Assembly (NCBI GenBank): GCA_045652245.1
Contig: JAZRTY010000039.1
Span: forward strand, 4,214 to 68,213
Origin: Eubacteriales bacterium
Lineage (GTDB): Bacteria; Bacillota; Clostridia; Oscillospirales; CAG-382
DNA length: 64,000 nucleotides
Reading direction: 5' to 3'
Numbering within the stretch: the first letter of the stretch is position 1; each line of letters begins with the position of its first letter. A program made the translations under genes and the position numbers. Shown here one piece after another: positions 60,011 to 64,000 of the stretch. The notes below the pieces were generated by a model. It made no database searches and was not told the DNA's origin. It worked only from the letters and a program-made list of their open reading frames with translations.

Positions 60011-60044
60011 TATCGGGGAGCGGCAACGCTTCCCGATATTTTTA
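60011..60044 (+). terminator. Terminator after tuf
   Basis: TATCGGGGAGCG-GCAA-CGCTTCCCGATA followed by TTTTT. Confidence 0.8.
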
Positions 60045-60052
60045 ATATTTAC

Positions 60053-60420
60053 ATCTTTTCAGGGCGGGGTGAAATTCCCCACCGGCGGTAATGCGACGTA
60101 TGTTCGACAAGTCCGAGAAAGCTATTTGTGGGCTGCCGCCCACACCTGCCGACCTTTTTGAAAAAAGCTCGACCAAAAAAGCATAAACACTTCGTGTTTA
60201 TTTCCCGGAAGAAATTGCTTCGCAATTTTTCCCTATATTTAGAAGTTTGCAGAAATATAGACTTCATGAAATAATCTTCGCAAAGTGTTAAAGTTTTTTG
60301 CCCCTCTTTTTTTCAAAAAAGAGGGCGATGGGGTTCGGGGGCGAGAAGCCCCTGAATACAATAAGCTTTGATACGGTGAGATTCCGTAACCGACGGTATA
60401 GTCCGGATAAAGTAAAAGAT
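60053..60420 (+). ncRNA. FMN riboswitch (RFN) with a ~230-nt insertion in the P4 loop
   Basis: 5' half AGGGCGGGGTGAAATTCCCCACCGGCGGT..AAGTCCG; 3' half GATACGGTGAGATTCCGTAACCGACGGTATAGTCCGGAT; P1 ATCTTTT/AAAAGAT; upstream of ribU. Confidence 0.88.
60128..60356. repeat. Inverted pair of family C REP-like units inside the FMN aptamer
   Basis: 60128-60180 matches 50509-50560; the reverse complement of 60282-60355 matches the family C pattern at 40611. Confidence 0.85.
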
Positions 60421-60469
60421 ACCGTATCTTTTGGCTAATAAATATTAGCTGCAGATTATAGTATTTTCG

Positions 60470-60500
60470 TCCGAGGAAAGTGTTTTCCCTCGGATTTTTT
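60470..60500 (+). terminator. Expression-platform terminator of the FMN riboswitch
   Basis: TCCGAGGAAA..TTCCCTCGGA followed by TTTTT. Confidence 0.7.
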
Positions 60501-60550
60501 ACTTTACATTTTAAAGAAAGCCAAATTTTAAAATGAAAGTGAGTTAATCT

Positions 60551-61129
60551 ATGAAAAACGAAAATAAAATCTCAAAATTACTTGATATTAAGACAATTGT
60601 ACTTATCGGAGTGTTGTCAGCGCTCTCGTATGTACTGATGATATTTCCTAAAATCCCCGGAATTATACCTGCGTTTCCTTTTTTGGATATCGATTTTTCT
60701 GACGTACCGGCGCTTCTTGCATCTGTTGCTGCAACTCCGGTAGCAGGCGTGATTGTGGTACTTATTAAGAACATTCTGCATCTTACCGTTACAAGCACAG
60801 GTGGCGTAGGTGAACTGTCAAACTTCATTTGCGGTGCAGCCCTCGTGTTTACCTGCGGTATTACAACTAAGTATATGTTCCGTAAAATGCGTTATAAATA
60901 TAAATTGCCGATAACACTCGTTATTGCAACTATTGCACAGCTCATAGCTGCAGTTCTCGGAAATTATTTTCTTATGATTCCACTCTATAACATCCAGGCT
61001 ATAGCGAAGGTGTATATTTTTACAGGTGTAATTCCGTTTAATCTGATTAAGGATGCCCTTGTTTGTGTAGTTTTTTACTTTCTTTATATACTTATCTATC
61101 CGAAAATTCAGAAAAGAATGTACTACTAA
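60551..61129 (+). CDS. ribU: ECF transporter S component, riboflavin
   Basis: FPFLDIDFSDVPAL, GGVGELSNF and PFNLIK motifs; downstream of the FMN riboswitch. Confidence 0.88.
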   Translation: MKNENKISKLLDIKTIVLIGVLSALSYVLMIFPKIPGIIPAFPFLDIDFSDVPALLASVAATPVAGVIVVLIKNILHLTVTSTGGVGELSNFICGAALVFTCGITTKYMFRKMRYKYKLPITLVIATIAQLIAAVLGNYFLMIPLYNIQAIAKVYIFTGVIPFNLIKDALVCVVFYFLYILIYPKIQKRMYY

Positions 61130-61138
61130 TATTATTAG

Positions 61139-62065
61139 GTGAAAGTTGTGACTAAAGAAGAGACATTTACACTTACTGCCTCGCTGACGTCAGCAATATC
61201 GCAGACCAACCCGATTTATGATTACAGCTACAAGCAGGTAAAATCAGAAATGAAACGTTACACCGAGCAGGAACTTGATACACTTCGAAAAATGGGGTGG
61301 CTTTCAGATGACTTTGAGCTGTTTATGGTTGTACTCGGTTTCCTTGAGGAAAACGAGGTGTTCGACAGAGCAAACGATGAGTATATAGCGCAAATTTTTA
61401 AGAATGCAAAAAAGTTCAGTGTAGCTGAGTTCTACAATGATGAATATATAAAAAACGTAAAATTCCCCGATGTTCAGATGGGTGATATTTTCCTGACAAA
61501 TGCCTCTTACGAGCGTGGCGAGCTGTTCCTGTATGATGCTCCCGATTTGAATTCCGATATCGTCGTTCCTAAAATCGGATTTTTTACAGGCAAGGTGTCC
61601 TTTCCGACGATATACCAAGGTGTAGTACCCTGGATGAGTGTTTGTCCGTCTGAAATAAATTCAATGCGTGAGCAGACCGGGAAGGCTCACGGCAGAGTCC
61701 TTGTTCTCGGTATGGGGCTTGGATATTATCAATACTGTATTGCGCAAAAGACTGAGGTTTCATCTGTGACGGTGGTTGAGCTCAATCCTACTATTATCGA
61801 GATTTTCGAAAAACATCTGCTGCCGAATTTCCCGAATAAAGAAAAAATCAGCATTGTTTGTTCTGACGCTATTGAATATCTCAAAAATACCGAACTTGGA
61901 CAGTATGATTTCGTTTTTGCCGACATCTGGGAGGGAATTATAGACGGAGCAAAGTGGTATCCACTTATAAAGGAGCAGGAGAAGAGACTTACATCGACCG
62001 AATTCACCTATTGGATAGGTGATCAGATTGAATACTACCTGAAAGGAAATTCAGACGGTATTTAA
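61139..62065 (+). CDS. Hypothetical SAM-dependent methyltransferase-fold protein (spermidine-synthase-like)
   Basis: WMS..P.E, VLVLGMGLGY, VTVVE, DA and YDFVFADIW motifs. Confidence 0.7.
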   Translation: MKVVTKEETFTLTASLTSAISQTNPIYDYSYKQVKSEMKRYTEQELDTLRKMGWLSDDFELFMVVLGFLEENEVFDRANDEYIAQIFKNAKKFSVAEFYNDEYIKNVKFPDVQMGDIFLTNASYERGELFLYDAPDLNSDIVVPKIGFFTGKVSFPTIYQGVVPWMSVCPSEINSMREQTGKAHGRVLVLGMGLGYYQYCIAQKTEVSSVTVVELNPTIIEIFEKHLLPNFPNKEKISIVCSDAIEYLKNTELGQYDFVFADIWEGIIDGAKWYPLIKEQEKRLTSTEFTYWIGDQIEYYLKGNSDGI

Positions 62066-62082
62066 AAATCGCTTTGAAGACT

Positions 62083-62124
62083 AAAAAGGGACTGTAACAA
62101 TTCATTTTGCTACAGTCCCTTTTT
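62083..62124. terminator. Bidirectional terminator
   Basis: AAAAAGGGACTGTA..TACAGTCCCTTTTT between convergent genes. Confidence 0.8.
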
Positions 62125-62139
62125 GATTTATATTTTTGA

Positions 62140-63735
62140 TTATTCCACAGGTATTGTCTCGTCGGTTTGTTCGGTGGTAGTGTCGGTTTTTGGTAGTTCA
62201 GACGAGCTTTCCCCGACTTGCTCAATTGTCTCAGCAGGAGTTTCTTCTGAAATATCTGACGGTACTTCCCCGGTAACAGCAGGTGGTATTTCTTCGGTAG
62301 TATCAGAGGGGATTTCTTCAATTCCGGGTGGGAATTCCTCAAATATTTCAAGCTCACCGAGGCTTCCGAGAAGACCGAGCGCTCCGAGCGTTGTAAGGTA
62401 GGTTCCGGGATAATAGATTGCAAGAATTTCGTCATACAGCTTGCCATTCTTCGCAAGTGTCATGGCGCCAAACTGACTAAGACCTACTCCGTGGCCGTAG
62501 CCGATGCCGTCAAAGGTATAGTAAAGCGGGATATAGTTTTCGTACAGTGGCAAAGGGTCTGCACTGCTGCCACGAAGCACATATCCACCGTATTTTATCG
62601 GCTCTCTTTTTTCTTCACCTTTACCGGTAAGAACGGTAATAGTCGAATTTTCTTCAAAATAATGGGGTGTCAGGGTAAATCTTGCACTTTTCAGATATTT
62701 AAAGAGCAAGTCCCGGACTCCGTTTGAGGTGTTGACCTCAAGAGTGTTGCCGCGGTCGTCTTTTATTGTCATTTTGCGTGCATATCCCGAATCGGAATAT
62801 TCGCACTCGATTGAAATAATGTCTCCTTTAAGCTTTCCCGAATGTGGAGTACTTGAATTTATGTAGCTTAAAATCTCGTTGGGTGTAAGCTTTACACTCC
62901 AGATTCCATTAGGATATTCTCCGGGTGTTTCAAAGGGGGTATTAACACTTATGAGATAGGGGTACCTTGACTCGTCACCACCCCAGGCGCCTGCTGCACT
63001 TTCGGTATAATCGCCGCAGGAGGAGGTATATACTGTCAGCGCTACATCCTCGCCGTAGGCAACGACAATATTTCTTGTAGCATCTACAGCTGCATTTGTT
63101 GTGGGATACTCGTTATTTCCGTTGCCGCCGAAAACCTGACAGCAGGTAGTATTGCACACGTCGAAGCCGTAAACATTGTGTTTTTTGCCGAGGGAATGAA
63201 CAGCAAAGGTACGGGCGATTACTGCAGCAGATTTCAGGGATTCTTCGGGCCAGGAGGGATAAACCTCTCGTGGGAGAACGCCTTTTATATAGCTTTCAAG
63301 GGATAAAAGATTTATTGCAAAAAGCTTTCCCTCAAAGCAGGAGAACTTCATTATTTCAATATATATTTTAGAGTCGAGCTTTAAGGAATTATTGTTTCCT
63401 CGAAGATAAAGCTGTGCGTCACCGGCATAAATCTGATTGCCGTTTCCGGAATATACGACAGCCTTGCCACCTTGATTTCTGACAGTCAAGGTGGTATCCG
63501 GAGTCTGAAGCACAGGTGTATATTCCCCTGTTTCCTCGTTAACACTCACTATCATAAAGCCCTGTGAGCAATTTACCGTAATTGCGCTCGGTGCTGAATT
63601 TCCGTATATTATACCAACACGGAGCTTCATATTATCCGAGTAATTTACGGCAGAAGCTGAAAATGTACCGATAACACAGGTCAGAAGAATACAGAGTGTA
63701 AGAACTATACAGAGTAGCTTTTTACCTGATTTCAT
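62140..63735 (-). CDS. SpoIID/LytB domain protein (peptidoglycan lytic transglycosylase)
   Basis: LESYIKGVLPRE..WP.E.LK.AAV.ARTF, DVCNTTCCQV and GYGHGVGLSQFGA motifs; signal peptide and acidic tail. Confidence 0.9.
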   Translation of the reverse strand: MKSGKKLLCIVLTLCILLTCVIGTFSASAVNYSDNMKLRVGIIYGNSAPSAITVNCSQGFMIVSVNEETGEYTPVLQTPDTTLTVRNQGGKAVVYSGNGNQIYAGDAQLYLRGNNNSLKLDSKIYIEIMKFSCFEGKLFAINLLSLESYIKGVLPREVYPSWPEESLKSAAVIARTFAVHSLGKKHNVYGFDVCNTTCCQVFGGNGNNEYPTTNAAVDATRNIVVAYGEDVALTVYTSSCGDYTESAAGAWGGDESRYPYLISVNTPFETPGEYPNGIWSVKLTPNEILSYINSSTPHSGKLKGDIISIECEYSDSGYARKMTIKDDRGNTLEVNTSNGVRDLLFKYLKSARFTLTPHYFEENSTITVLTGKGEEKREPIKYGGYVLRGSSADPLPLYENYIPLYYTFDGIGYGHGVGLSQFGAMTLAKNGKLYDEILAIYYPGTYLTTLGALGLLGSLGELEIFEEFPPGIEEIPSDTTEEIPPAVTGEVPSDISEETPAETIEQVGESSSELPKTDTTTEQTDETIPVE

Positions 63736-64000
63736 ACTGACCTCTTACCATAACATAAGCGACATCTGATGTACAGACAATACCTCTGCCATCAGCTCTC
63801 GGCACAAGCAGACACGCATTAATCGGTACCTCGGCACTGTTAAGAAGCTCGTTTCCGCTTGTCAGGTCTGCAAGTCCGTTGTCTTCGATTTCCGAATAAA
63901 TTGTAGCAGTACCACCCGGACGGAGAATAAGCTCTATTGAGCCTTCACGGGAAACAAGCTTCTGCCCGTTTTGCATTGTTATAACCTCATAGGTGGAGGA
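63722..64000 (-). CDS. Conserved hypothetical protein upstream of the SpoIID gene (C-terminal part, truncated by window edge)
   Basis: Open frame to the window edge ending ..GLADLTSG..LLVPRADGRG..VMVRGQYEIR; overlaps the next gene's start. Confidence 0.65.
   Translation of the reverse strand, partial: SSTYEVITMQNGQKLVSREGSIELILRPGGTATIYSEIEDNGLADLTSGNELLNSAEVPINACLLVPRADGRGIVCTSDVAYVMVRGQYEIR

Overview
Core-genome window from a spore-forming, low-GC Clostridia bacterium, probably Oscillospirales/Ruminococcaceae-like (inferred from spoIIE, spoIID, SLH proteins and gene order). It carries a lysine-riboswitch-controlled dapA-dapB-lysA operon, transporters, spoIIE, the complete S10-spc-alpha ribosomal protein cluster, large surface proteins, mreB, guaB, recD2, dut, prmC, a Thr T-box/thrS unit, an S-layer gene, the str operon and an FMN riboswitch/ribU unit. 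Six observations stand out. (1) A DUF559 endonuclease gene is embedded in double-hairpin REP-like repeats whose relatives are dispersed across the window, like a REPtron without a RAYT transposase. (2) The FMN riboswitch aptamer is split by a ~230-nt inverted pair of REP-like units. (3) An acidic leader peptide runs through a terminator upstream of a CorC/CNNM-type transporter, a candidate Mg2+ attenuator. (4) A non-cellulosomal cohesin-dockerin-SLH surface pair is present. (5) infA has a CTG start behind an unexplained structured spacer. (6) An otherwise intact tuf has a single in-frame TGA. All family assignments come from motif recognition by eye; no searches were run.
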